From an uncultured Anaerolineales bacterium (GTDB lineage Bacteria > Chloroflexota > Anaerolineae > Anaerolineales > UBA4823), in contig CAIQJJ010000492.1 in assembly GCA_903872065.1 (NCBI GenBank), forward strand, positions 1-50,204: a DNA stretch of 50,204 bases. The letters run 5' to 3'. Numbering within the stretch: position 1 is the first letter of the stretch; each line of letters opens with the position of its first letter. Below, in pieces: positions 1 through 9,608 of the stretch. Both the position numbers and the translations under genes were made by a program. The notes below the pieces were generated by a model, which did no database searches, was not told the origin of the DNA, and was given only the letters and a program-made list of their open reading frames with translations.

Positions 1-1
1 C

Positions 2-1021
2 CTGGATGAGCCGACCAGCGCCCTCTCAGAGGCCGAAATCCACAAATTGATGGAAATCCTGCACACGCTCAAGAGCCACGGCGTAACGTGCATTTACATC
101 ACCCACAAGATGGATGAATTCTTCCGCATCACCGACCGCGTGACGGTGCTGCGGGATGGAAAAGTGGTCACGACGCAGGAGACCGCCAACCTGACGCCGG
201 AAAAATTGGTCAGTTCCATGGTCGGGCGTGAAATGAAAGAGCGCTTCCCCAAGGGCAACCGCCATCCCGGCGAGGTCATCTTCGAGGTCAACAACCTGCA
301 AGCCGAGGATCCCGATAAGCCGGGGCGGCAGGTGTTGAAAGGGGTCAACTTCGATCTGCGCAAGGGCGAAATCCTGGGCATCGCCGGCCTGATGGGCTCC
401 GGGCGGACGGAACTGGTGATGACCATCTTTGGCGAATACGGCAAGGTCACGCAGGGGGCGGTCAGGCTGGCCGGCAAAGACCTGCACATCGGCAGCGGCC
501 ACGATGCAATGGAGAACGGGATCAGCCTGGTGCCGGAGGATCGCAAGCGCCACGGGCTGGTGTTGATCCAGTCCATTTTGAAGAACATCTCTTTGCCCAA
601 CCTGGAGCGCTTCGCGGCCTTCTTCCGCATTGACCAGAACGCCGAACTGGTTGAAAGCGCCAAATTTGCCAAGTATCTCGCCATCAAAGCCCCAAACCTG
701 CTGGCAGCGACCGAGTCGCTTTCCGGCGGCAATCAGCAAAAAGTGGTCATCGCCAAGTGGCTGATGTCGAAGCCCTCGGTGTTGATTATGGATGACCCGA
801 CGCGCGGCATTGATGTGGGCGCGAAATACGAAATCTACAAGCTCATGAACGAACTTGCAGAAAATGGGATCGCCATTGTGATGATCTCCAGTGATTTGCA
901 AGAGGTGTTGGGGATGAGCGATCGCGTCATGGTCATGTGCCAGGGACGCTCGAACGGCATCCTGGAGATTGCTGAAGCCACCCAGGAAAAGATTATGGCC
1001 CTGGCGACAGGGATCGCGTGA
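2..1021 (+). CDS. Sugar ABC transporter ATP-binding protein (XylG/RbsA type), 5' truncated by window edge
   Basis: Frame open from base 2 (LDEPTSAL, Walker B of NBD1). Second NBD has GLMGSGRT, LSGGNQQK and IMDDPTRGIDVG. Confidence 0.93.
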   Translation: MDEPTSALSEAEIHKLMEILHTLKSHGVTCIYITHKMDEFFRITDRVTVLRDGKVVTTQETANLTPEKLVSSMVGREMKERFPKGNRHPGEVIFEVNNLQAEDPDKPGRQVLKGVNFDLRKGEILGIAGLMGSGRTELVMTIFGEYGKVTQGAVRLAGKDLHIGSGHDAMENGISLVPEDRKRHGLVLIQSILKNISLPNLERFAAFFRIDQNAELVESAKFAKYLAIKAPNLLAATESLSGGNQQKVVIAKWLMSKPSVLIMDDPTRGIDVGAKYEIYKLMNELAENGIAIVMISSDLQEVLGMSDRVMVMCQGRSNGILEIAEATQEKIMALATGIA

Positions 1022-1044
1022 CATTCGACAACTGAGGTTGATCT

Positions 1045-2217
1045 ATGGATCTTTCAACTTTTACCCGGCAGTTCCGCCAAAATCTTCAGACATACACCAT
1101 TATCCTGGCCCTGGTCTTCATTTGGGGCATCTTCGCCATTGTCACCGCCGGCGGCTACATCATCCCGCAAAACATCTCGAACCTGTTCCGCCAAATGACA
1201 GTGACTTCTTTCCTGGCGTGCGGGATGGTTCTGATCATGGTGACAGGCAATATTGACCTCTCGGTGGGCAAACTGGCCGGGTTTGTCTCGGTGGTGGTAG
1301 CCTATTTTCAAGCCTATACCTGGAGCGAAATGCTGCCCGGCCAACCGCTGCTGGCGGCGATCCTGTCCATCCTGATCGGGCTGGTCGTCGGCACACTCAT
1401 CGGTGTAATGCAAGGCTACGTGGTGGCGTATTTGCGCGTGCCGGCCTTCATCGTGACCCTGGGCGGGATGTGGATTCTCAACGGCGGGATTTTAATTGTG
1501 ACGCAGGGCAAGACGATCGCCGCCAATCAGCCGTTTTTTTCGGAAATCGCGCAGGGCTACATCCCTGGGCCGTATAGCTGGATCATCGCCGCGATTGTGA
1601 TCGCCGCCCTGTTCTTTGCCATGTACCGCGACCGGCGCAATAAGCAGCGCTATGGCTTCGAGCTGAAGCCGCTTTACCTGGATCTGCTGAAGACAATCTT
1701 TTATTCAATCCTGGTTGCGTTGTATGTACTGGTGGTCAATCTCTACAACGGCATCCAGGCCCCGGTGCTGCTGCTGGCAATCACGGTCGTAATTGTGACT
1801 TATGTTTCCGATAACACGCGCTTTGGCCGCTACGCCTATGCCATCGGCGGCAACCGTGAGGCGGCCCGCCTGTCGGGCATCAACATTCGCAAGAGCATCT
1901 TCCAGATTTTCGTCCTGATGGGCTTCTTGTGCGGCGTCTCAGGCATCGTCCTGGCATCCTACGTGGGCTATGGCACGATTGCCGCCGGCCAGGGTTATGA
2001 ATTGGACGCCATCGCAAGCTGCGTCTTGGGCGGCACCTCCACCCTGGGCGGGGCCGGCACCGTCTTCGGCGCGATGGTCGGCTCGCTGATCATGTCCAGC
2101 CTGACCACCGGTCTGCAAATGATGAATGTGGCCCCGGCCTGGCAGTATGTGGTCAAGGGCCTGGTGCTGGTCGTCGCTGTGCTGGCGGATGTCTATTTGA
2201 AGCGCGGCAATCAATAG
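1045..2217 (+). CDS. Sugar ABC transporter permease (XylH/GguB type)
   Basis: Multi-TM protein with GNIDLSVG, TRFGRYAYAIGGN and YELDAIASCVLGGTS; follows the ATPase. Confidence 0.92.
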   Translation: MDLSTFTRQFRQNLQTYTIILALVFIWGIFAIVTAGGYIIPQNISNLFRQMTVTSFLACGMVLIMVTGNIDLSVGKLAGFVSVVVAYFQAYTWSEMLPGQPLLAAILSILIGLVVGTLIGVMQGYVVAYLRVPAFIVTLGGMWILNGGILIVTQGKTIAANQPFFSEIAQGYIPGPYSWIIAAIVIAALFFAMYRDRRNKQRYGFELKPLYLDLLKTIFYSILVALYVLVVNLYNGIQAPVLLLAITVVIVTYVSDNTRFGRYAYAIGGNREAARLSGINIRKSIFQIFVLMGFLCGVSGIVLASYVGYGTIAAGQGYELDAIASCVLGGTSTLGGAGTVFGAMVGSLIMSSLTTGLQMMNVAPAWQYVVKGLVLVVAVLADVYLKRGNQ

Positions 2218-2229
2218 ATGGAGGTCTCT

Positions 2230-3342
2230 GTGCCGGTTGAAATCAGCATTCCCTTTGAAAATCTAACCGTCCAATACGGTCTGCTGCGCGAAGAAATTCA
2301 CGCCGCGCTGGATGACGTGGCCCTGGGCGGGAAATTTACCATGGGGCCGTTTTTGCAGCGCTTCGAGCAAGAATTTGCGGCCTATACTGAGACGCGTTAC
2401 TGCGTGGGGATCAGCAGCGGCACGGCGGCGCTCCACCTGGCGCTGCTGGCCTGCGGAATCGGCCCTGGCGACGAGGTCATCACCGTCCCCAACACTTATA
2501 TCGCCACGGTTTTCGCCATCTCCTACACCGGCGCGACGCCGGTCTTCGCCGACGTAGACCCGCTGACCTATAATATCGATCCCAGGCAGGTGGAGGCGAA
2601 GATCACCCCACGCACCAAAGCCATCTTGCCGGTGCATCTCTACGGGCACTGCGTCGAGATGGATGAACTGCTGGCGCTGGCGCGGCGCTATCACCTGCGG
2701 GTGATCGAAGATGACGCCCATGCCCACGGCGCGACCTATCACGGGCGCAAGGCCGGCTCTCTGGGCGACATCGGCTGCTTTAGCTTTTACCCCACCAAAG
2801 TGATGGGGGCTTACGGCGACGGCGGCGCGGCCACGACCAATGACCCGGAATTGTACGAAAAGCTGCGCATGCTGCGCTACATGGGGCAGCGCGTCAAGTA
2901 CGTCCACGAGGTGGTCGGCTATCAGCAGCGCCTGTGCGATCTGCAGGCTGCCATCTTGAGCGTCAAGCTGCGCCACATCGAAGAGCATATCGCCGGGCGC
3001 ATCCATTGGGCGCACCGGTACAATCAACTGCTGCAGGGGACGCCGGTGATCACGCCGGTGGAGGTGGGCGGGGCGCGCCATGTCTATTATATGTACACGA
3101 TCCGCGCCCCGCGCCGCGACGACCTGCAAGCCTACCTGCGGGAGCAGGGCATCGGCAGCATGGTCGTCTACCCAGGGCCAGTCCCCTATCAGCCCGCCTA
3201 TCAGCCGATGGGTTTTAAGCCGGGTGATTTCCCCGTAACCGACGCCCACTTGAAAGAAATCCTCTGCCTGCCGATGTTCCCCGAATTGACCGAGGAACAG
3301 GTGCAGAAAGTGTGCGCCGCCATCCGCGCCTTTTACCAGTGA
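2230..3342 (+). CDS. DegT/DnrJ/EryC1/StrS family PLP-dependent sugar aminotransferase
   Basis: SSGTAALHLAL, IEDDAHA and SFYPTK (PLP Lys) followed by MGAYGDGGA. GTG 2230 follows GGAGG; ATG 2218 is an alternative start. Confidence 0.92.
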   Translation: MPVEISIPFENLTVQYGLLREEIHAALDDVALGGKFTMGPFLQRFEQEFAAYTETRYCVGISSGTAALHLALLACGIGPGDEVITVPNTYIATVFAISYTGATPVFADVDPLTYNIDPRQVEAKITPRTKAILPVHLYGHCVEMDELLALARRYHLRVIEDDAHAHGATYHGRKAGSLGDIGCFSFYPTKVMGAYGDGGAATTNDPELYEKLRMLRYMGQRVKYVHEVVGYQQRLCDLQAAILSVKLRHIEEHIAGRIHWAHRYNQLLQGTPVITPVEVGGARHVYYMYTIRAPRRDDLQAYLREQGIGSMVVYPGPVPYQPAYQPMGFKPGDFPVTDAHLKEILCLPMFPELTEEQVQKVCAAIRAFYQ

Positions 3343-3350
3343 GGCCGCCT

Positions 3351-4613
3351 ATGTCTACCAAAGTGGTCATCCTGGGCGGCAGCGGGGTTGCGACCCCCGA
3401 ACTGGCCGCCGCCTTAAGCGAAATTCCCGATCGCCAACTGCCGTTGGAGGTGGTTTTGGTGGGCCGCTCGGCGCAAAAGCTGGCCCTGATCGCCGACATC
3501 GCCCGCCTGATGGCCGGCAACGACCCGCTGCTGAAGATTTCCTGCACCACCGATACCGCCGCCGCGCTGCAAGGCGCGGCGCTGGTGTTAAATCAACTGC
3601 GGGTGGGCGGGTTGGAGGCGCGCGCCTTCGATGAAACCTATCCGCACGAGTTTGGCCTGCCGGGCGAGGAGACAGTTGGGCCGGGAGGTTTTGCCAACGC
3701 CTCGCGCACCATCCCCACGGTGGTGGAATACGCCCGCCTGGTGGAGCAGATCTGCCCGCAGGCGGTTCTGCTCACCTTTGCCAATCCGAGCAGTCTGGTG
3801 CAGTACGCCATCACGCAGCAAACCGGGTTGGCGCGCGTGATCGGCCTGTGCGACGGGCCAATCACGCTGAGCGAGGCCATCGCCCGCGCCTTGCAAGCCC
3901 CCCTGGGCGAACTGGAGGTGGATTACGTGGGCATGCACCACTTTGGCTGGGCGGTGGGCGTCTGGCGCAGTGGGCAGGATGTCCTGGCGCAGACCCTGGC
4001 GCAGGCGGCGCTCGCCGCGCCGGAGGTGGAGCCGGCCATCACCCAGGCGATCGGGGCCATCCCCGGCCCCTACCTGAATTACGTCTTCCACCCCGACCGC
4101 ATGCTCGCCAAAAAGCAGGGCAAGCGCCCGCGGGCCGGGGAACTGCTCGACCTGCAAGATGAACTGCTGGCTGAATATGAACAGGCACGCGCCCAGGGGC
4201 AGAAGCCCGCCGGGCTGGTCAAGCGCAAAGCCAAATGGTATCGCGCCATCATTGCGCCGGTGATCGTGGCACTGCTCGAAAAGCGCACGGCGCGCTTCGC
4301 CCTGAATCTCGTCAACCACTCAACGCTGCCCTGGCTGCCCGAGGATGCCATTATCGAAGTCCCCTGTTTGCTGCACAATGGGGTCGTGCGCCCTCTCTCG
4401 CCCGGCCAGCCGCCGCCCGATGTACGCGCCCTGCTGCAGCGCAACTGCGCCTATGAGCAGCTGGCGGTCAAGGCCATCCTCGCCAAAGACCGTCCCCAAG
4501 CGCTGCGCGCCCTGCTGCAAAACCCCATCATCCACACCTACGAACAGGCGCGCCTGACGCTGGAGAAAGCCTGGGGGCCGGCGCAGTTTGCGCCATCAAG
4601 GACAAAGGAATGA
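3351..4613 (+). CDS. Glycoside hydrolase family 4 (NAD+/Mn2+-dependent, 6-phospho-beta-glucosidase-like)
   Basis: Rossmann start KVVILGGS, QLRVGG, GEETVGPGGF, ANP, IGLCD (metal Cys), GMHH and IPGPYL. ATG 3351 follows GAGG. Confidence 0.88.
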   Translation: MSTKVVILGGSGVATPELAAALSEIPDRQLPLEVVLVGRSAQKLALIADIARLMAGNDPLLKISCTTDTAAALQGAALVLNQLRVGGLEARAFDETYPHEFGLPGEETVGPGGFANASRTIPTVVEYARLVEQICPQAVLLTFANPSSLVQYAITQQTGLARVIGLCDGPITLSEAIARALQAPLGELEVDYVGMHHFGWAVGVWRSGQDVLAQTLAQAALAAPEVEPAITQAIGAIPGPYLNYVFHPDRMLAKKQGKRPRAGELLDLQDELLAEYEQARAQGQKPAGLVKRKAKWYRAIIAPVIVALLEKRTARFALNLVNHSTLPWLPEDAIIEVPCLLHNGVVRPLSPGQPPPDVRALLQRNCAYEQLAVKAILAKDRPQALRALLQNPIIHTYEQARLTLEKAWGPAQFAPSRTKE

Positions 4614-5413
4614 ACCTGGATTTATCTGAACACGCAGGACTGCCCATCCACCTGACGCCCGCCCCACAGCTTGAGTTTGGCGCGGGCGTGGTGGTGGATG
4701 AGTTTAAGATACGCCATTTCAGCGAATTGAGCGCCGTGTACCTCGATCTGAGCGTCGCCGGCGACGAAGCGGCGTACTTCATGTACAACGGCGTCTACCG
4801 CGAGGCCGATGCGCCTCTCCTGGCCGAGGCCGGGCTGCGCTACGAACTGACGCTCTTCCCCGACCGGCGCATTGGGCATGAATATGTGAAGACCCTGGGG
4901 CATCTTCACGCCGCCGAACCCCAAAGCGGGATAGATTACCCAGAAATCTGCGAAGTGCTGCACGGCGTCGCCCATTTCTTCTTTCAAAAGTTCGGCGCTG
5001 CGCCGCACACCGCCCTCGAAGCATTTTATGTGGAAGTCCACAGCGGGGAAAAGATCATCATCCCGCCTGGCTACCACCATTTGACGATCAACCCCGGCCC
5101 AGGGCCGCTGCTCTTCTCGGACGTGGTCGCGCCGGGCGTCAGCGGTCTCTACGAGGACTTCAAGCAGGCCGGCGGGGCCGCCTACCTGGAGGTGGAAAAG
5201 GCGGGCGGGGCGCAGTTCGTCCCCAACCCGCGCTACTCGGCTGCGCCGCCGCTGGCGCGCCTTCGCCCGCGCCAGTTTCCTGATTTGAACTTATCGCCGG
5301 CGCAGCCGCTCTACCAGGCCTTGCTGGAGAGGCGCGGCGCAGGCTGGGAGTTTTTACGCCAGCCGGCGCAGTTCCAGGCTCAATGGACAGGCCAAGATGT
5401 CTTCATTGCCTGA
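4610..5413 (+). CDS. Cupin-type (archaeal-like) glucose-6-phosphate isomerase family protein
   Basis: LRYELT, EYVKTLGHLH, YPEICEVLHG and IIIPPGYHHLTIN cupin metal-binding motifs. Confidence 0.85.
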   Translation: MNLDLSEHAGLPIHLTPAPQLEFGAGVVVDEFKIRHFSELSAVYLDLSVAGDEAAYFMYNGVYREADAPLLAEAGLRYELTLFPDRRIGHEYVKTLGHLHAAEPQSGIDYPEICEVLHGVAHFFFQKFGAAPHTALEAFYVEVHSGEKIIIPPGYHHLTINPGPGPLLFSDVVAPGVSGLYEDFKQAGGAAYLEVEKAGGAQFVPNPRYSAAPPLARLRPRQFPDLNLSPAQPLYQALLERRGAGWEFLRQPAQFQAQWTGQDVFIA

Positions 5414-6413
5414 GCCCCTGGCCGCCTGTGTGGATATCGGCGGCACCAAGACCTTGATCGGCCTGATCAACCCGGAGGGACGCGTACTGGCGCGGGATCG
5501 CTTTCCAGCCGCCAACCATCTCGCCCCGCCGGAACAGGTGGCCCAACTGGTTGAGAAGTTCCATGCCCTGGCGAATGGCGCAGAAGTTGCCTGGGAACGG
5601 GTGGCGGGGGTGGGCTACAGCACCGCCGGCTTTTTGAACAGCGAGCGCACGCTGGTCTTTGCCTCCCCTAACCAGGGCAACTGGCGCGATGCGCCGTTTA
5701 AGGCGCTGCTCGAAGAGGCCTTCCACCTGCCGGCCTACCTCGAAATGGACGCCAACGCCGCCGCCCTGGGCGAGGCCTGGTTCGGCGCCGGGCGAGGCAG
5801 CCAGCATTTCGTCTACCTGATCGTCGGCACGGGCATCGGTTCAGGGATCGTGGTCAACGGCGAAGTGCTGCACGGCTGGCGCGGCACGGCTGGCGAGATC
5901 GGCCACACGACGATCGAACCGGATGGCCCGCTCTGCAACTGCGGCAATTACGGCTGCCTGGAAAGCCTGGCGGCTGGCCCGGCGATCGCCCAGCGGGCGC
6001 GGGCGGCGATCCAGCAAGGGCGCAAAACCCTGATCACCGAACTGGCCGAGGCGAGCGAATTGAGCGCCGAAACCGTCTTCCGCGCCGCCCGCCTGCAGGA
6101 CGAGGTCGCCTGCGCCATCCTGGACAAAGAGATTGACTACCTGGGGATCGGCATCGCCAATGTGATCACGCTGCTCAACCCGCAAATGGTCGCCCTGGGC
6201 GGCGGGGTGGCGGTTGGCGGGGCAGACCTGCTGCTGCCGCCCCTGCGACGGGCAGTGAGACGCCGCTGCGGCGCCTGGATTGATCTGGAGCATACCGAGA
6301 TCACCCTCTCGCGCCTGGGCGATGAAGCTGGACTGATCGGCGCGGGGCGGCTGGTGTGGCAAGAAATCCAGCGTGGAACGGTTGCCAATTTCAGCCAATA
6401 TAATGTAAAATGA
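5397..6413 (+). CDS. ROK family sugar kinase
   Basis: VDIGGTK, DANAAALGE, GTGIGSG and the Zn motif GEIGH..CNCGNYGCLE; no N-terminal HTH. Confidence 0.92.
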   Translation: MSSLPEPLAACVDIGGTKTLIGLINPEGRVLARDRFPAANHLAPPEQVAQLVEKFHALANGAEVAWERVAGVGYSTAGFLNSERTLVFASPNQGNWRDAPFKALLEEAFHLPAYLEMDANAAALGEAWFGAGRGSQHFVYLIVGTGIGSGIVVNGEVLHGWRGTAGEIGHTTIEPDGPLCNCGNYGCLESLAAGPAIAQRARAAIQQGRKTLITELAEASELSAETVFRAARLQDEVACAILDKEIDYLGIGIANVITLLNPQMVALGGGVAVGGADLLLPPLRRAVRRRCGAWIDLEHTEITLSRLGDEAGLIGAGRLVWQEIQRGTVANFSQYNVK

Positions 6414-6444
6414 AGTATCCCTTTTTTAATTCTACGGAGGAGCT

Positions 6445-7752
6445 ATGCGTATTCAACGTCTTTTAACCCTGATCGTCATCCTGGTGATGATTTTGGCGGC
6501 TTCTGGCTGCAAAACCGGCGGCGCAGCGACCAAATATTCGCCGATTGTGGTCGCCGTGTGGAGTGGGCCAGAACACGATAACCTGGTGAAACTGGCTGCC
6601 GAATATGAAAAGAAGACCGGCAACAAAGTGGTGGTGGAAGAAATCGCCCGCGAAGCCTATTACGACAAGCTGACCACCACCTTCGTAGGCGGCGGCAGCG
6701 ATTACGACGCGGCCTACATTATGTCGGACTGGCCGCCGGCGTGGGTCAAAGCCAACGCCCTGGCGGACCTCTCGCAATTTATGAATGACAAGAAGGTGGC
6801 CGCAGCGGATTTCGACCTCAACAACTTCAAGCCGTCCACCGACTATTTCACCTTCGATGGCAAGGTGTACGCCCTGCCCTCCGAGGGCGACACCGCCTGG
6901 CTGTGGTATCGCAAGGACTTGCTGGAGGCCAAGGGCCTGAAAGTGCCTGAGACCTGGGATGAATACCTGCAAGCGGCGCGCGCCCTGAACAATCCGCCGA
7001 CGGTCTACGGCGCGGTGATCGGCGCCAAAGCGGACGAAGCGCTGTGGGATTTCATGTTCTACCTGTTCAGCTTCGGCGGCGGCATCCTGGACAAGAACAA
7101 CCAGGTGATCATCAACAACCAGGCCGGCGTCAATGCCTTAACCTTCTATTCCAACCTGCTGGTCACGGAAAAATTGGTGCCGCCGGATGTGGTCACTTAC
7201 GGATATAACGAAATCCTGACCTCGCTGCAAGAAGGGAAAGTGGCGTTAGGTATTCAATGGATGGCCGCCACGCAAACCCTGACCGACTGCACCCAAAGCC
7301 CCAAAGTTTGTAAAGACGGCAAACCGCTGTTGGGCTACACCGTTCCCCCCGGCATCCCGGGCGCGGATGGAAAGGTCGTTCACAGCACGGGCGGCAGCCA
7401 GTGGGGCTGGGGCATTCCGGCCGGCGCGAAGAACAAGGAAGCCGCTTATAAGTTCATCGAATGGCTGACGAGCAAAGAAGGCGCCAAGATGTGGGCGTTG
7501 AACGGCGGCATTCCGAGCAACAAGCTGGCCCTGACCGATCCCGATGTGGTCGCCAAGATCCCGCAGTTCAAGATGCTCGGCGAGGTCATGCCCTTCCGCC
7601 AGATCGTCCCCCCCACTACCGTCACCGCGGATATGGTAACAGTGATGAATGAGGCGATTGTCGCAGCGGTTTCTGGCGTCAAGACCCCTCAGCAAGCGCT
7701 GGATGATGCAGCGGCGAAAATTTCAGATATGATGAAGAAAGCTGGTTATTAA
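6445..7752 (+). CDS. Carbohydrate ABC transporter substrate-binding lipoprotein (CUT1)
   Basis: Signal peptide with lipobox-like ASGC; WYRKDLL, PETWDE and AYKFIEWL motifs; SD GGAGGAG. Confidence 0.9.
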   Translation: MRIQRLLTLIVILVMILAASGCKTGGAATKYSPIVVAVWSGPEHDNLVKLAAEYEKKTGNKVVVEEIAREAYYDKLTTTFVGGGSDYDAAYIMSDWPPAWVKANALADLSQFMNDKKVAAADFDLNNFKPSTDYFTFDGKVYALPSEGDTAWLWYRKDLLEAKGLKVPETWDEYLQAARALNNPPTVYGAVIGAKADEALWDFMFYLFSFGGGILDKNNQVIINNQAGVNALTFYSNLLVTEKLVPPDVVTYGYNEILTSLQEGKVALGIQWMAATQTLTDCTQSPKVCKDGKPLLGYTVPPGIPGADGKVVHSTGGSQWGWGIPAGAKNKEAAYKFIEWLTSKEGAKMWALNGGIPSNKLALTDPDVVAKIPQFKMLGEVMPFRQIVPPTTVTADMVTVMNEAIVAAVSGVKTPQQALDDAAAKISDMMKKAGY

Positions 7753-7760
7753 ACTTTAGT

Positions 7761-7816
7761 CACCCTGCCACGCCAGGCATCAAGCGGCGGCTTGAGGCCT
7801 GGCGTGGGGTGCTTTT
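7761..7816 (+). terminator. Intergenic stem-loop between SBP and permease (partial terminator or mRNA stabiliser)
   Basis: CCACGCCAGGC-A-TCAAGC-GGCG-GCTTGA-G-GCCTGGCGTGG followed by CTTTT. Confidence 0.65.
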
Positions 7817-7818
7817 GC

Positions 7819-8721
7819 ATGCAGCCCATCACAGCCCGTCAGCATTGGCGTCATCACATACTGCGCAGCCTGGAGCCGTTTTTTTACATCGGGCCGGCGT
7901 TCGCAGTTTTGTTGACTATTCTCGTGTACCCGCTGGGCTATTCCTTCTGGCTCAGCTTTCACGAGTGGACGCTGCGCGGCTTCAGGGCGGGCATCCCCTG
8001 GGTGGGCCTGCAAAACTATCTCGATCTTTTCACCAACGCCGATTTTATCACGGCGATCCGCGTGACCTTTGTTTTTGTGATCGCCGCGGTCGCCATCGAA
8101 TTTGGCTTGGGCCTGGGGTTGGCGCTGCTGCTCAACCAGGATTTACACGGTAAAAACATCATCCGCGCCCTGATTTTGCTGCCGATGATGTGCACAAACG
8201 TGGTCATCGGCCTGACCTGGCGGCTGCTGCTAAACTACGAATTTGGGCTGGTGAATTATTACCTGGGGCAGTTGGGGATTGCCCCGGTGGAATGGTTGAG
8301 TCAACCCGCCATGGCCATGCCGGCGGTGGTGCTGGTGGATGTCTGGAACACTACTTCGTTTGTGGCGCTGATGCTGTTGGCGGGATTGCAGGCGCTGCCC
8401 GAAGAACCTTATGAAGCAGCCAAAATGGACGGGGCCAACACGTTCCAGTCTTTTTATTATCTGACCCTGCCGCTCCTGCGCCAGACCATCCTGGTGGCGC
8501 TGCTGTGGCGCTTTATTGACACCTTCCGCATTTTTGATGTTATCTATTTGCTGACCAGCGGCGGCCCGGCGCGGGCGACCGAGACTGTCAGCATTTACGT
8601 CTACCGTTACGGCTTCCAGTCATTCAACCTGGGATTCGCCTCGGCGGCATCCTATACCATGATCCTGATCATGCTGATCGTGGCCGCGGTGTTGGCGCGC
8701 TGGATTGGGCGTTCGGAGTAG
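7819..8721 (+). CDS. Carbohydrate ABC transporter permease (MalF/UgpA type)
   Basis: WVGLQNY, EAA loop YEAAKMDGA, GGPARATET. Confidence 0.9.
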   Translation: MQPITARQHWRHHILRSLEPFFYIGPAFAVLLTILVYPLGYSFWLSFHEWTLRGFRAGIPWVGLQNYLDLFTNADFITAIRVTFVFVIAAVAIEFGLGLGLALLLNQDLHGKNIIRALILLPMMCTNVVIGLTWRLLLNYEFGLVNYYLGQLGIAPVEWLSQPAMAMPAVVLVDVWNTTSFVALMLLAGLQALPEEPYEAAKMDGANTFQSFYYLTLPLLRQTILVALLWRFIDTFRIFDVIYLLTSGGPARATETVSIYVYRYGFQSFNLGFASAASYTMILIMLIVAAVLARWIGRSE

Positions 8722-8729
8722 AGGGCAAG

Positions 8730-9560
8730 ATGAACCGCTGGATGCGCCTGCTCCTAAACGCTCTCAGTTACGCGATTTTGTTCGTCGCCATCCTCATCTC
8801 GCTCTTTCCGATCGTTTACCTGATCCTGACCTCGTTCAAACCTGCAACCCTGACCTTCGCCATCCCACCGGTATGGGTCTTCGAGCCTACCCTGCAAAAC
8901 TACCAGGATGTCTTCGCCGGCAGTGATTTTGGCAAATATTTCCTGAACAGCATCCTGGTGGCCTCGGCGGCGACGATCATCTCCCTGATCCTGGGCAGCC
9001 TGGCGGGCTATGGCTTCGCGCGCTTCCGCTTCCGCGGGGCGAACTGGCTGCGCCTGGGGGCGCTTATCCCGCAAATGCTGCCGCCGATCACCATTATTGT
9101 GCCGCTGTATGTCTTGTTCAACTCGCTGGATATGATTGACAGCCTGCAGGGGTTGGTCATTTCATACCTCACCTTCTCGATCCCGCTTTCGATCTGGATG
9201 ATGACCGGCTTCTTTGCCGATGTGGAGGCGGAGTTGGAAGAGGCGGCGATGATTGACGGCTGCACGCGCTTCGGCGCATTCCTGCGCGTCAGCGTTCCAC
9301 TGGTCGCGCCGGGGTTGGCCGCCACTGCCATTCTCGGTTTCATTTACTGTTGGAATGAATTTCTCTACGCGGTGATCCTTACCGGGCGGGACGCGCGTAC
9401 CTTGCCTGTCACCATCACCAGCTTTATGACCAGTAAGGCCGTCCTCTGGGGACGCATGGCCGCCGCCGGGACACTGGTGCTGATTCCTGTGCTGCTGATC
9501 GCTATGCTGGTGCAGCGCTACCTGGTGCGTGGACTGTCGCGTGGGGCGGTCAAGGGTTAA
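8730..9560 (+). CDS. Carbohydrate ABC transporter permease (MalG/UgpE type)
   Basis: PTLQNY, EAA loop ELEEAAMIDG, WNEF and C-terminal GAVKG. Confidence 0.9.
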   Translation: MNRWMRLLLNALSYAILFVAILISLFPIVYLILTSFKPATLTFAIPPVWVFEPTLQNYQDVFAGSDFGKYFLNSILVASAATIISLILGSLAGYGFARFRFRGANWLRLGALIPQMLPPITIIVPLYVLFNSLDMIDSLQGLVISYLTFSIPLSIWMMTGFFADVEAELEEAAMIDGCTRFGAFLRVSVPLVAPGLAATAILGFIYCWNEFLYAVILTGRDARTLPVTITSFMTSKAVLWGRMAAAGTLVLIPVLLIAMLVQRYLVRGLSRGAVKG

Positions 9561-9608
9561 TCCTCGGCATCTTAACTATCCCAACAAGATACGATAAAAT
9601 ATAGCGCT

